From: Dehalococcoidia bacterium
Lineage (GTDB): Bacteria > Chloroflexota > Dehalococcoidia > Lucifugimonadales > UBA3495
Direction: 5' to 3'
Assembly: GCA_965263395.1 (NCBI GenBank)
Contig: OZ253670.1
Coordinates: 1,865,826 to 1,929,825 of the forward strand
Length of the DNA stretch: 64,000 bases
The number at the start of each line of letters is the position of its first letter. Position 1 is the first letter of the stretch. The notes under the pieces were generated by a model. The model ran no database searches and was not told the DNA's origin. It saw nothing but the letters and a program-made list of their open reading frames with translations. Positions 18,308-26,934 of this stretch are shown in pieces. Both the position numbers and the translations under genes were made by a program.

Positions 18308-19072
18308 ATGGGAGGACAGTTGCAACAGTCAAAAAGGCAGAACCCCTACCTTCACCCACCGCCCGCCGGATACCATGCCGCCGCACGGCATGGGAAGGAT
18401 GCGATACGGGAAGCCCAGAAGGCCCAGGCAGCCATCCAGAACCTACCCAGGCAACCCAGCCCAGAGATCCTGGAACGGATGCTCATCGAGGAAGCCCTGG
18501 CCTCATCCCACATCGAGGGAGAGTTCAGGGAATCCAAGATACTGCTCCTCCGGGACGCCCTCCGGGCATTCATAAATACCCCCATCACATCCACCACCCT
18601 CCTCCAGCTCCACGCCTGGGCGATGCAGGAACAAGAACAGGCCCAGCCGGGCCGGTACCGCTCCATCCCCGTCACAGTGGGACCGCACCGGCCTCCGGAC
18701 CCCGTATTCGTGCCATCCCTCATGGATCAGCTGCACCGCTACATCCAGGAGAGCCAGGACCCACCGGTGGTGCGGGCCACCTGGGCCCACCTGATATTCG
18801 AGACCATCCATCCCTTCGTAGACGGCAACGGACGGACCGGACGCGCCATCATCCAGGCAATAATCGGCAGCCCGCTGCCGGTCAGCACCCACATACTCCA
18901 GCACCGGCACGAGTACTACCAGCTCTTCCAGGAAGGCGGGCCGGACCGGTGGGTGTGCTGGATATCCAGGGCAATCATCGAACAGGCCCAGCGCTGCCAG
19001 AGCTACCAGAGCTACCAGAGCTACCAGAGCTACCAGTGCTACCAGACCTGCCCAGAAGGGGAAGCAAAATGA
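18308..19072 (+). CDS. Fic-domain protein (AMPylase family)
   Basis: The Fic motif HPFVDGNGRTGR is present. SSHIEG upstream matches the (S/T)xxxE(G/N) inhibitory-helix motif. Confidence 0.85.
   Translation: MGGQLQQSKRQNPYLHPPPAGYHAAARHGKDAIREAQKAQAAIQNLPRQPSPEILERMLIEEALASSHIEGEFRESKILLLRDALRAFINTPITSTTLLQLHAWAMQEQEQAQPGRYRSIPVTVGPHRPPDPVFVPSLMDQLHRYIQESQDPPVVRATWAHLIFETIHPFVDGNGRTGRAIIQAIIGSPLPVSTHILQHRHEYYQLFQEGGPDRWVCWISRAIIEQAQRCQSYQSYQSYQSYQCYQTCPEGEAK
18998..19045 (+). repeat. 9-nt tandem repeat cagagctac, 4 copies plus 1 variant
   Basis: It encodes QSYQSYQSYQSYQCYQ at the Fic C-terminus. Confidence 0.9.
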
Positions 19073-19491
19073 TCCAGCACTACCGGCGCCAGGACGCTGG
19101 GGCGGACCCCCAGAAAAGCGGGGACGCGCCCCGATGGGTCTGCGGCCGGTTGGAGAAACCGGAGATCACCATCGACCCTCCCCTGACCCCGCAGGACATC
19201 CAGGAAGAAGACTGCCGGAACTGCGTCCGGCGCATCCAGGAGACCTGGGAGAAGAAGCACAAGACGGAAGCTCCCCCCATCCGGCACATCAGGAAGGAGC
19301 GGGACCTCCCCTCCACAATCTGCGGCAAGAATACCCTGGGCATGAACCCCCCGGCCCTGCCCTACCCAGAGCAACTGCCAACACCCGGGCCAGGCTGGTG
19401 CCAGATGTGCCGCAACCTGTGGGAACGCCAGGAAAAATACCGCCAGGAAAAATACCGCCAGGAAAAGGCCCGGGCCCAAGGGGCCGGCTGA
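19069..19491 (+). CDS. hypothetical Cys-containing protein
   Basis: ATGA overlap with the Fic stop. This is the C-terminal part of track ORF 18160..19491, whose upstream part is an out-of-frame reading. Confidence 0.5.
   Translation: MIQHYRRQDAGADPQKSGDAPRWVCGRLEKPEITIDPPLTPQDIQEEDCRNCVRRIQETWEKKHKTEAPPIRHIRKERDLPSTICGKNTLGMNPPALPYPEQLPTPGPGWCQMCRNLWERQEKYRQEKYRQEKARAQGAG
19426..19468 (+). repeat. 15-nt tandem repeat cgccaggaaaaatac (2 copies plus a partial)
   Basis: It encodes RQEKYRQEKYRQEK. Confidence 0.9.
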
Positions 19492-19522
19492 ACCAGCATC
19501 CAGAACCACGAGAGATATACAC

Positions 19523-20161
19523 ATGAGCGAACAGAACCAGAACGAGACCGTGGCAACCATTGCGGCTGAGATCCGCACCTGCGAGAACTGCCCACTCCAC
19601 CGGACCAGAAAGTGCGCCGTCCCCGGAGAGGGGCCGGCCAACGCCCGCGTGATGTTCATCGCCGAGGGGCCGGGAGAACACGAGGACCGCTGGGGACGCC
19701 CCTTCATGGGACCCGCCGGGTTCTACCTCCGGGACCTCCTCGCCATGGCCGGCCTGTCCCGGGAGGATGTCTACATCACAAACATGCTGAAGTGCAGAGC
19801 TCCGGGGAACCGGGACCCCAGGCCCGAGGAGATGGAGGCCTGCTCCCAGTACCTGGACCGGCAGATAGAGGCCATCAACCCCGACATCATCGTGACCCTG
19901 GGACGATTCTCCACCGGCAAGTTCCTCCCAGGCGAGACCATCAGCAAGGTCCGGGGCAGCCTGAGACGCCGACTGGGACGCAACATCTTCCCCATCATGC
20001 ACCCCGCTGCCGGACTCCACAAAAACGCCAACCGGGCGGCCATCGAGGCCGACTTCCAGCAGCTCCCCCAGATCCTCCAGGAGATCCGGGACAACCCGCC
20101 GGCCGATGAGCCGGAACCCCTGCCTCAGCCCGAACCCCCCAAGCAGGGAACCCTGTTCTGA
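19523..20161 (+). CDS. family-4 uracil-DNA glycosylase
   Basis: The motifs CENCPL, FIAEGPGEHED and IMHPAAGLH are present. Confidence 0.85.
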   Translation: MSEQNQNETVATIAAEIRTCENCPLHRTRKCAVPGEGPANARVMFIAEGPGEHEDRWGRPFMGPAGFYLRDLLAMAGLSREDVYITNMLKCRAPGNRDPRPEEMEACSQYLDRQIEAINPDIIVTLGRFSTGKFLPGETISKVRGSLRRRLGRNIFPIMHPAAGLHKNANRAAIEADFQQLPQILQEIRDNPPADEPEPLPQPEPPKQGTLF

Positions 20162-20526
20162 TGCTGGAGCCCGCACTCCGCATGGCCGCAACCACCACCG
20201 CCGCCCGCATGGCCCCCATGGGTCCCGCGGGAGTCCTGGCCGTAATGGAAATGGGACAGAGAAGCCCGATCTGGTACGTCTCAATAGCCGTCATCATCCT
20301 GGCCTCCATCCTGCTCTACCCCCAGGCCAGGAAATGGAAGTGGGACCAACCCGGAGAACTCCTGGCCGCCGGCGCCATCATCGCCGGAGTCCTGTCGGCC
20401 CTGCCCATAATCATGGCGCTAAAGGGCCGCAAAGCCATCCCCAAGGGAATGGGGACCAATCTCCTCATCAACAGCGCGATGGTCTGGATGACCATCATCC
20501 TCCTGGTAACCAGGATTTCCGCCTGA
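20161..20526 (+). CDS. small membrane protein
   Basis: TGATG overlap with the preceding stop. About 3 hydrophobic helices. Confidence 0.55.
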   Translation: MLEPALRMAATTTAARMAPMGPAGVLAVMEMGQRSPIWYVSIAVIILASILLYPQARKWKWDQPGELLAAGAIIAGVLSALPIIMALKGRKAIPKGMGTNLLINSAMVWMTIILLVTRISA

Positions 20527-20539
20527 ACCGAGGGAAAAT

Positions 20540-21079
20540 ATGAGAGCGCCAACAGAAAAAGTAATCAGTTCCATCAGGGACACGCTCAACCTAAGGGGGA
20601 CGAGAGTCCACGATATCCGGAGCATTGCCAGCAACTCCATAGACGTAACGACCATGGATGCCAACCCCTCAGCACAGCAGGAGATCAACGAGATATGCCG
20701 GAACCACCAATTGGGGCGCTCCTACCTGATGCTGGAGTCCTACGAGTTCGACAATATCCGGGACGACCTGCCCCAGACCGACCATGTGCTGGTATTCCAC
20801 CGGAGATCCCATGAGCTCCAGGAGCGGCTGGAACAGCTCGCCCAAGAGAGCTTGCCCGGCTGCCGGCAGAACCCAAGCATCACCATCCAGTACGAGCAGT
20901 GCCTCTTCGCCGGCAGAATTCCGGGCCTATGGGGGAACGAGCCCCCCAGGTGCTGCATATGTCAGAAACCCGTCCCCGACACGGGAGCGGCCCACAGCCG
21001 GAAGATGAAACAGGAAAGAATATACCGGCACCAGGAGTGCGGAGACTTCCACCCCACTCCACGGAAGGACGAACGATGA
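20540..21079 (+). CDS. hypothetical protein with C-terminal Cys/His cluster
   Basis: 179-aa ORF preceded by gagggaaaata. Confidence 0.55.
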   Translation: MRAPTEKVISSIRDTLNLRGTRVHDIRSIASNSIDVTTMDANPSAQQEINEICRNHQLGRSYLMLESYEFDNIRDDLPQTDHVLVFHRRSHELQERLEQLAQESLPGCRQNPSITIQYEQCLFAGRIPGLWGNEPPRCCICQKPVPDTGAAHSRKMKQERIYRHQECGDFHPTPRKDER

Positions 21080-21360
21080 CACTGGAACCACCCAAATCCA
21101 CAATGGCGGCACCGGACGAAGTCCGGGAAGCCAGCCTGATCGACATCGACAAGCTCCACCTGGAGCTGGAGTCCCGGACCGGCTGCTGCCACCGGCTGGT
21201 ACCGGCCGGCTGCTCCGGGAATGAGCTTCCCAAGGAATCTCCCCTCCGAATCGCTGTCCCGGGACAGCTCCTCACGTCAGCCGTCTGCGGCCACGGGCGC
21301 CGCCAGGCCAGGCACGAAGCCCAGGAGGAATGGGAAACCCTGGACCTCAGGGCAACATGA
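21076..21360 (+). CDS. hypothetical protein
   Basis: ATGA overlap at 21076. Confidence 0.45.
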   Translation: MTLEPPKSTMAAPDEVREASLIDIDKLHLELESRTGCCHRLVPAGCSGNELPKESPLRIAVPGQLLTSAVCGHGRRQARHEAQEEWETLDLRAT

Positions 21361-21920
21361 AGTGGCGGCAGGTGCAGAGCGGAGCCCTGGTTGCCTTCGT
21401 GCCGGAGCTCTCCCCAGAGTGCGAGGAAGACTGCTCCCACACATCCCACCCCCAGATGGCCCTGGTTCCCCAGTACGACAACCTCCTGAGGAAGCCCCGC
21501 CAGGAGTGGCTCTCCACCACCTGGCAGGTGTGGGAACAGCGGCAGCCCTACGAAACGGCCGTGATCGGCCGGGACCTGTCAGTCCAGGACGCCATGAGGC
21601 TGGCCGAAAAGCACGCTCCCAAAATGGACCCTGACCGGGAACCCTACACCTGGGACGGCCACGAACGAGTCCTGAACGCCATCCTGGCCAACGTGCTGGA
21701 GGAGAACCCCCGGATGACAGAGGTTCCGGAACACGAATGCCGGCAGGAATTCACCTTCCGCCTGGCGCCGGACCCGGACCACCCCGGGCCGGAGCACACC
21801 ATCACCGCCTGCGAGGCCTGCATCTACCCCAAGGCCGCCTGGGCGGCCTACATGGTAATGGAAGAAGGGCATGCCGGCTGCACCCTGGAACCGGCAACCC
21901 AAGAGGAAGAACCAGAATGA
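21357..21920 (+). CDS. hypothetical protein
   Basis: ATGA overlap at 21357. Confidence 0.5.
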   Translation: MKWRQVQSGALVAFVPELSPECEEDCSHTSHPQMALVPQYDNLLRKPRQEWLSTTWQVWEQRQPYETAVIGRDLSVQDAMRLAEKHAPKMDPDREPYTWDGHERVLNAILANVLEENPRMTEVPEHECRQEFTFRLAPDPDHPGPEHTITACEACIYPKAAWAAYMVMEEGHAGCTLEPATQEEEPE

Positions 21921-22435
21921 CCCAGCCGAGACACGCCAGCCAGACCACGGTGAGCATGGAGCAGAGTAAGACGGACATCGAGCAGACACTGCGGCGCCAC
22001 GGCGCCGACCAGTTCCTGCACGGCTGGGAAGAGGGACAGGCCATCATCGGGTTCCGCCTGAGCTCCTACGCATTCCGGATGCTCATCCCGATGCCCAGGC
22101 GCGAGGAGTTCGATCACAAAATCAGGAAGAATGGACGGAGGAAGATGCGTCCGGCGGGAGACGCCAGGAGAGCCTGGGAGCAGGCCGAGCGCCAGGCATG
22201 GCGTACCCTGCTGCTGGTCATCAGGGCCAAGCTGGAGGCCGTCGAGGCCGGCATCACGACGCTGGAGCAGGAGTTCCTGGCCAGCATGGTGATGCCCGGG
22301 AACCTGACGGTGGGAGAGACCCTGCTGCCCAACCTTCAGGAGACGCTCCAGACGGGACGGGTGCCCGGAATAATGCCCGGAATGCTGCCCGGGGAAGACG
22401 CGATACCGATACCGCCGCCAGAGGCGGGAGAATGA
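21917..22435 (+). CDS. hypothetical phage-type protein
   Basis: ATGA overlap at 21917. The motif WRTLLLVIRAKLEAVEAGITTLEQEFLA is present. Confidence 0.55.
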   Translation: MTQPRHASQTTVSMEQSKTDIEQTLRRHGADQFLHGWEEGQAIIGFRLSSYAFRMLIPMPRREEFDHKIRKNGRRKMRPAGDARRAWEQAERQAWRTLLLVIRAKLEAVEAGITTLEQEFLASMVMPGNLTVGETLLPNLQETLQTGRVPGIMPGMLPGEDAIPIPPPEAGE

Positions 22436-22454
22436 GAGTTCCGGCCGCCGGCTG

Positions 22455-22895
22455 ATGCCCAGCAACAGGATAAAAATTCTGCCCGAGGAAATCTTGGGCG
22501 TGCCCAGGGGCTCAAGCGCCCGGGAGATAAGCCAGGCCCGGGGCAGGCTGGCCAAGATGCTGCACCCCGACATGCGTGACGGGCAGAGCAAGGCCCTGAT
22601 GCAGTTGATCAACCACGCCGTCGAGGTTCTGACGAGCGGACAGGCCGGCGCCTACACCTTCAGCACCGGCGCCGAGGAGACCGCCACCCGGCCCGGCCAG
22701 CCCGGAGAACACTCCAACGGGCAGCAACAGAACGGGCAGCAACAGGAAGCCTGCACCCACCCCAGGAAGGCGGGCTACAAGCAGTGCTTCAAATGCAGCG
22801 GCGTAATGCGCTGCGAGATCTGCGGAGAGGGTTACTACAAGCCGCCCAACGACCGGTGCAGCGCCTGCCGGCGAAGCGCCTGGGGGAGACCCTAG
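22455..22895 (+). CDS. J-domain protein with C-terminal zinc-ribbon
   Basis: ILGVPRGSSAREISQARGRLAKMLHPDM contains the HPD motif. The C-terminal ribbon is CFKC...CEIC...C..C. Confidence 0.7.
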   Translation: MPSNRIKILPEEILGVPRGSSAREISQARGRLAKMLHPDMRDGQSKALMQLINHAVEVLTSGQAGAYTFSTGAEETATRPGQPGEHSNGQQQNGQQQEACTHPRKAGYKQCFKCSGVMRCEICGEGYYKPPNDRCSACRRSAWGRP

Positions 22896-22962
22896 GGCGG
22901 ACCCCGGGGCGGACAAAGAAGGCACAGAAGATACTGAGCGCACAGCGCAAGGAGAGAGAAAC

Positions 22963-23421
22963 ATGGGAATATCCGAGCAGAGACCCCAGAGAAGTCCCCA
23001 GGAATGGGTTGAGACATTCAGTGAACGCCGGCAGACGTGGGCGGAAACCGCCCAGAGGCTGGAGACGAAGCGAGGACCCGCCACCAGGCAGCTGAACGGC
23101 CAGGATGAAACGACAGGTTATTCATATCTGGGCGCGGGCCTGCAGGCCTTCATGAACCGAGACCCCGGCATCATCCACTGGAACGGACCCGAGACGGCGT
23201 GGGACGGCGCCAGGTACCAGAGCGTGGACGACACCACCATCACGGTCGCGGACTACTACGGCATCAGCACCGAGATGGTGGACCTGCTGGACGAAATGGA
23301 GATAGAGGGACACTCCCGGGATGAACTGAACGAGATGGCCCTGCGGGCCGACTACGATTTCGTGGTACAGGACGAGAAGACCGGGCGCTACAGCACCATG
23401 CGGGTGCCCGCAGGCCCATAG
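22963..23421 (+). CDS. hypothetical protein
   Basis: 152-aa ORF. Confidence 0.5.
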   Translation: MGISEQRPQRSPQEWVETFSERRQTWAETAQRLETKRGPATRQLNGQDETTGYSYLGAGLQAFMNRDPGIIHWNGPETAWDGARYQSVDDTTITVADYYGISTEMVDLLDEMEIEGHSRDELNEMALRADYDFVVQDEKTGRYSTMRVPAGP

Positions 23422-23651
23422 GCGGAGAGCACAGGAAACGACGATCAAGCAGGCCAACAAGAACCGGAAGCGGTACCACAGTGATCCCAGGGCAGAGGCA
23501 ATGAAGATCGGCCAACCAACCCTGATCCTGCCCTCCAGAACCGGGGCAATCCCCCTGCCGGGCAGATCCATGCCGGCTCCCGCCGGACCATCCTCACAAC
23601 ACCAGGCTCTGCCTGTAGCAAACTGAAGAAGACCAACAGACAGTTAACGAC

Positions 23652-24761
23652 ATGACCTATCCCCATCTGGTAAAATTGTGCTTGAACCACAAGACCACCG
23701 GATGGAGGCGGGTTGTGACCACAATTCAAGAGGAACCCCAGTCAACAATCAACTGGCAGCCCCTGGCCGCCCAGGACTTCGCTCGAGAGCAGCACCCCCA
23801 CCTCCGGATGTCCTCCGGGGGCAAGTGTACCCGGGCCCAGGCCTATTCACTCATGGGAGTGGATGAGTCCGACCCCCCCAACCGGCACGCCCAGAACCGG
23901 ATGAACCTGGGCCACGCCGCCGAAGTGCTGATCATCATGGACCTGGAGCAGAACGGATGGGAGACCGGCAACACCGTCCTCTCCAACAGCGGCCAGCTGG
24001 AGCTGGAAGTCCAGGTGCCCGGCACCGATACTGTCCTACGGGGACACCCCGACGGCATCTGCCGCCACCCCGAGTTCACCCAGAATCTCTGGGTCACTCT
24101 GGAGTGCAAGTCGATGAGCGAACGAAAGGGATTGGAGGTGGAGGAGCAGGGAGTCGGCCAGGTATACCCCGCCTACATGACCCAGATCGGCCTCTACGGC
24201 CGGAGACTCTACGAGATGGGGCTGGTCAGCCACCCCGAACGCGGCGTCTTTGCAATGATGGACCGCGACGGCCGCCCCCTCTCCCCAGAGCGCGTCTCCT
24301 GGAAACCGGAGGACGTCGACGAGGACTACCGGAAACTCCAGGAAATAATCGAAACCGTCGGGGCCGAAGGGCTGCCGGACCGGCCCTACCATCACGGCTC
24401 CAAGATCTGCGGCTACTGCAGCTACCACACAGAGTGCTGGGGGACCTACAAGGCCTGGCAGGAGAAGGGCCGGCCCGTCCTGACCAATGACACCAGGGTG
24501 ATCAATGCCGCCGAAGCCTGGATGAAGTCCAAGCCCCAGGTGGATGAGGCACGACTGATACTCCAGGAAGCCTGCGACGAGGTCGAGGAGGCCGACATCG
24601 TGGCCGGAACGGTCCAAGCCGGCTACTTCGAGCCCCGGGACAACAAGGTCTACAACCCCGATCTCCTGGAGGCCAAGGTCCCCATCGACATCCTGAAGCA
24701 GTGTTTCCAGGACTCGAAGAAGCGCCGGCCCAGCTTCTGGGTCAGGGTCAGGAAAAACTGA
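23652..24761 (+). CDS. PD-(D/E)XK nuclease, Cas4/RecB-like with CX2CX5C cluster
   Basis: GHPDG...LECKS gives the D...ExK motif. CGYCSYHTEC near the C-terminus is the Cas4/AddB-type Fe-S Cys motif. Confidence 0.75.
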   Translation: MTYPHLVKLCLNHKTTGWRRVVTTIQEEPQSTINWQPLAAQDFAREQHPHLRMSSGGKCTRAQAYSLMGVDESDPPNRHAQNRMNLGHAAEVLIIMDLEQNGWETGNTVLSNSGQLELEVQVPGTDTVLRGHPDGICRHPEFTQNLWVTLECKSMSERKGLEVEEQGVGQVYPAYMTQIGLYGRRLYEMGLVSHPERGVFAMMDRDGRPLSPERVSWKPEDVDEDYRKLQEIIETVGAEGLPDRPYHHGSKICGYCSYHTECWGTYKAWQEKGRPVLTNDTRVINAAEAWMKSKPQVDEARLILQEACDEVEEADIVAGTVQAGYFEPRDNKVYNPDLLEAKVPIDILKQCFQDSKKRRPSFWVRVRKN

Positions 24762-24984
24762 CAAGAAGCCCCAGGCACCGGACAGGAGCACTCCATCAAG
24801 GGGAGGCGCCGGTATGGCCTCCCCTTGCTCATGTGCCTCATGATCTGCCTCACGATGTGCCTCATGAAGTGAAGACGGGCGGCTGTCTCCTCCGCCTGCG
24901 GGCAGGAAGAGACAGCCTTGCCCGACCGGCAGGAACCCCAGGAAAACCAGGAAAACCAGGAACAGAAAACCAGGAGGAACCAAA

Positions 24985-25140
24985 ATGGTAACGACTCTGC
25001 CCAAGCCCAAGAACACCCAGCAAAACCAGCAAAACCCCAGCAACGAGGCGAAGGTCACTCCCCGCTATCCCGACGGTTGTCCCATCCAGGGGCACGAGGG
25101 CTATGGCTGCACCTGTAACCCCATCAAGAAGAAGGAGTAG
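24985..25140 (+). CDS. possible 51-aa Cys-containing peptide
   Basis: AGGAGG lies 7 nt upstream of the ATG. It is not in the track (under 60 aa). Hairpins flank it at 24881-24917 and 25156-25178. Confidence 0.35.
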   Translation: MVTTLPKPKNTQQNQQNPSNEAKVTPRYPDGCPIQGHEGYGCTCNPIKKKE

Positions 25141-25210
25141 CAGGTCCGGACGGGGGGCTGTTCAAACGGGCAACAGCCTCTCGTGGATATTAGGAAACCC
25201 GGAAATCCAG

Positions 25211-25242
25211 GTATTAAGAAATCCAAGTATTAAGAAATCCAG
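25211..25242 (+). promoter_or_regulatory. AT-rich 16-nt direct repeat immediately upstream of the start at 25251
   Basis: gtattaagaaatccaa and gtattaagaaatccag are adjacent copies, and this is the most AT-rich stretch locally. Confidence 0.4.
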
Positions 25243-25250
25243 GAGCAGGG

Positions 25251-25841
25251 ATGACCGGAAAGACCCAGGAAGAAAAAATCTACACCATATCGGGGCAGGG
25301 GTTCAGCGCGACCTGCGACGCCTTCGCCGTCAGTCCCAAAACCGAGAACATCTGGTTCGCATCAATGATCGGCTCCCTCCGGGCCGTACGGGCCATAACG
25401 GCCAACCTCTGCACCAACCCGCCCGTCAGGGTGTTCATAAACTCCGATGACCCCATGGACCACTACCGGTCCTTCACCCCCGCCGAACCCAACATGCGGA
25501 ACTGGGAACACCGGGAGCAGAAGCTCCCCAACACCCAGCTCCACCACTCGCTGGTCTACAGCACCCGGGCGAAATACGGAACCGCAGGCCACCTCTTCGT
25601 AATACTATGCCAGGATCCCGAGGAGGCGCCCGACCGTCACTACCGGTTCCTGGACCAGCGCGTAGCAATCCCCCTACACCCCAGCTGGGCCGGATGGCTC
25701 TGGGAAGAAGGGCTCGCCAACGAGTCCATAGTCCCCCTGGAATCCCACGGAATACGCGCCTATCTCTGCCAGGTGTATGAACCAATGACCATGGACCTGA
25801 TCAGCCAGGCTATACAGAAAGGCACCCTGCAGACTCCCTGA
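25251..25841 (+). CDS. hypothetical protein
   Basis: 196-aa ORF preceded by ccaggagcaggg. Confidence 0.55.
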   Translation: MTGKTQEEKIYTISGQGFSATCDAFAVSPKTENIWFASMIGSLRAVRAITANLCTNPPVRVFINSDDPMDHYRSFTPAEPNMRNWEHREQKLPNTQLHHSLVYSTRAKYGTAGHLFVILCQDPEEAPDRHYRFLDQRVAIPLHPSWAGWLWEEGLANESIVPLESHGIRAYLCQVYEPMTMDLISQAIQKGTLQTP

Positions 25842-26137
25842 ACAAAGACCCACTGAACGAAGACTCCCTGAACGGGTCTGAACCCAGCCCTTCGTGGAGC
25901 ACCGCTCTCCCCACAGGCCGGCAGAAACACCTCAACCAACCCGCTTCTCTCATCAACCGCACCTCCAACTGCACCATAGACGGTGCGGTTTCCGACATGA
26001 CGCCGCTTCCCACATGCACCACCAGGTGGCGCACCCCCGGGGGCGGCTCCGCCCCAGGGATAACGTTGCCGCCCCCGGGCTCTCCGGCTCAACCGCTCAC
26101 CAGCCAGGCACTGGGGCCAACAGTCTCCCAATCAAAG

Positions 26138-26162
26138 GGACCCAGGGCATAGCCCTGGGTCC
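26138..26162 (+). terminator. hairpin ggacccagggc-ata-gccctgggtcc (same stem sequence as 55652-55683)
   Basis: An 11-bp perfect stem inside a 413-nt non-coding stretch. Confidence 0.45.
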
Positions 26163-26254
26163 TGGAGAAGAGTGCCGAGGGCATAGCCCTGGATGACACT
26201 CAGTCCCAGAAGGAAAGCAGCATCCAACGGGTGCTGTACGAGGAGGAGAAACCA

Positions 26255-26377
26255 ATGTCAAAGCTCATCAGGACCATCGGCCGGATGCTGTCTGCCGCCA
26301 ATCTCAGAGAACAACTGCCGCCCCGGGTGCAGATGGAGATGGAAATCGCCATGTCCAAGTTCGGGAACAACCTCTAG
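26255..26377 (+). CDS. possible 40-aa peptide
   Basis: GAGGAGGAG lies 6 nt upstream of the ATG. Confidence 0.3.
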   Translation: MSKLIRTIGRMLSAANLREQLPPRVQMEMEIAMSKFGNNL

Positions 26378-26388
26378 GGAGAGGAGTC

Positions 26389-26667
26389 ATGGACCAAAAC
26401 GATATGGACCAAAACAACCTGGACCAGATGACGAAGGACCTGTGCCTATGGAACATACAGGACGCCGAGAGCTGCTACAGCACCGATGGAGGGGACCGCA
26501 GGCCAATGTACTGGCCGGAATACCTCCCGGAACACCATGAGGACCAGGACACCCCCACCATCCTCAAATACCAGGACCCCACCACCATCCTGAAGAACTG
26601 GGAGGAGCCGGGACCAGGCTGGTTCCAGGAAACCGTGAGCGGGATCATTTCCTTCAGAATGAACTGA
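26389..26667 (+). CDS. hypothetical acidic protein
   Basis: GAGGAG lies upstream. A 15-nt duplication at the start gives MDQND MDQNN. Confidence 0.5.
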   Translation: MDQNDMDQNNLDQMTKDLCLWNIQDAESCYSTDGGDRRPMYWPEYLPEHHEDQDTPTILKYQDPTTILKNWEEPGPGWFQETVSGIISFRMN

Positions 26668-26697
26668 ACCAGAACGAACTGAACCAGAACGAACTCA
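26661..26697 (+). repeat. 15-nt tandem repeat gaactgaaccagaac (2.5 copies) spanning a stop codon
   Basis: Read directly from the sequence. Confidence 0.85.
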
Positions 26698-26736
26698 AGA
26701 CGCCGGACCCCAGACCTGAGAAAGGAGAAAACCGTA

Positions 26737-26934
26737 ATGACCAGTCAAGCAGAACCCAGAACCCAGGATTACCAACACCTGGGCCGGCCCGGCAACCTCG
26801 GGGAACACTACCGGCTCATGCCGGTCTGCCCCGTCCTGGGAATGGTCCGGATGACCGATAACCCCAAGAAGGTCTCGTGCCCGAATTGCCAGAGCATCAT
26901 GTCCCAAGCGGGACAGGAAGGACCCCAGGAATGA
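26737..26934 (+). CDS. small protein with CP..CPNC zinc-ribbon-like motif
   Basis: AAAGGAG lies upstream. 65 aa. Confidence 0.5.
   Translation: MTSQAEPRTQDYQHLGRPGNLGEHYRLMPVCPVLGMVRMTDNPKKVSCPNCQSIMSQAGQEGPQE

Noticed and set aside
18160-19491. 443-aa plus-strand ORF beginning MNRSPMNRSPMNRSP…
   Set aside because: Its 5' part is the ssb 15-nt repeat and the Fic gene read out of frame. Only its last 140 codons (19069-19491, ATGA-coupled to the Fic stop) look like a real gene.
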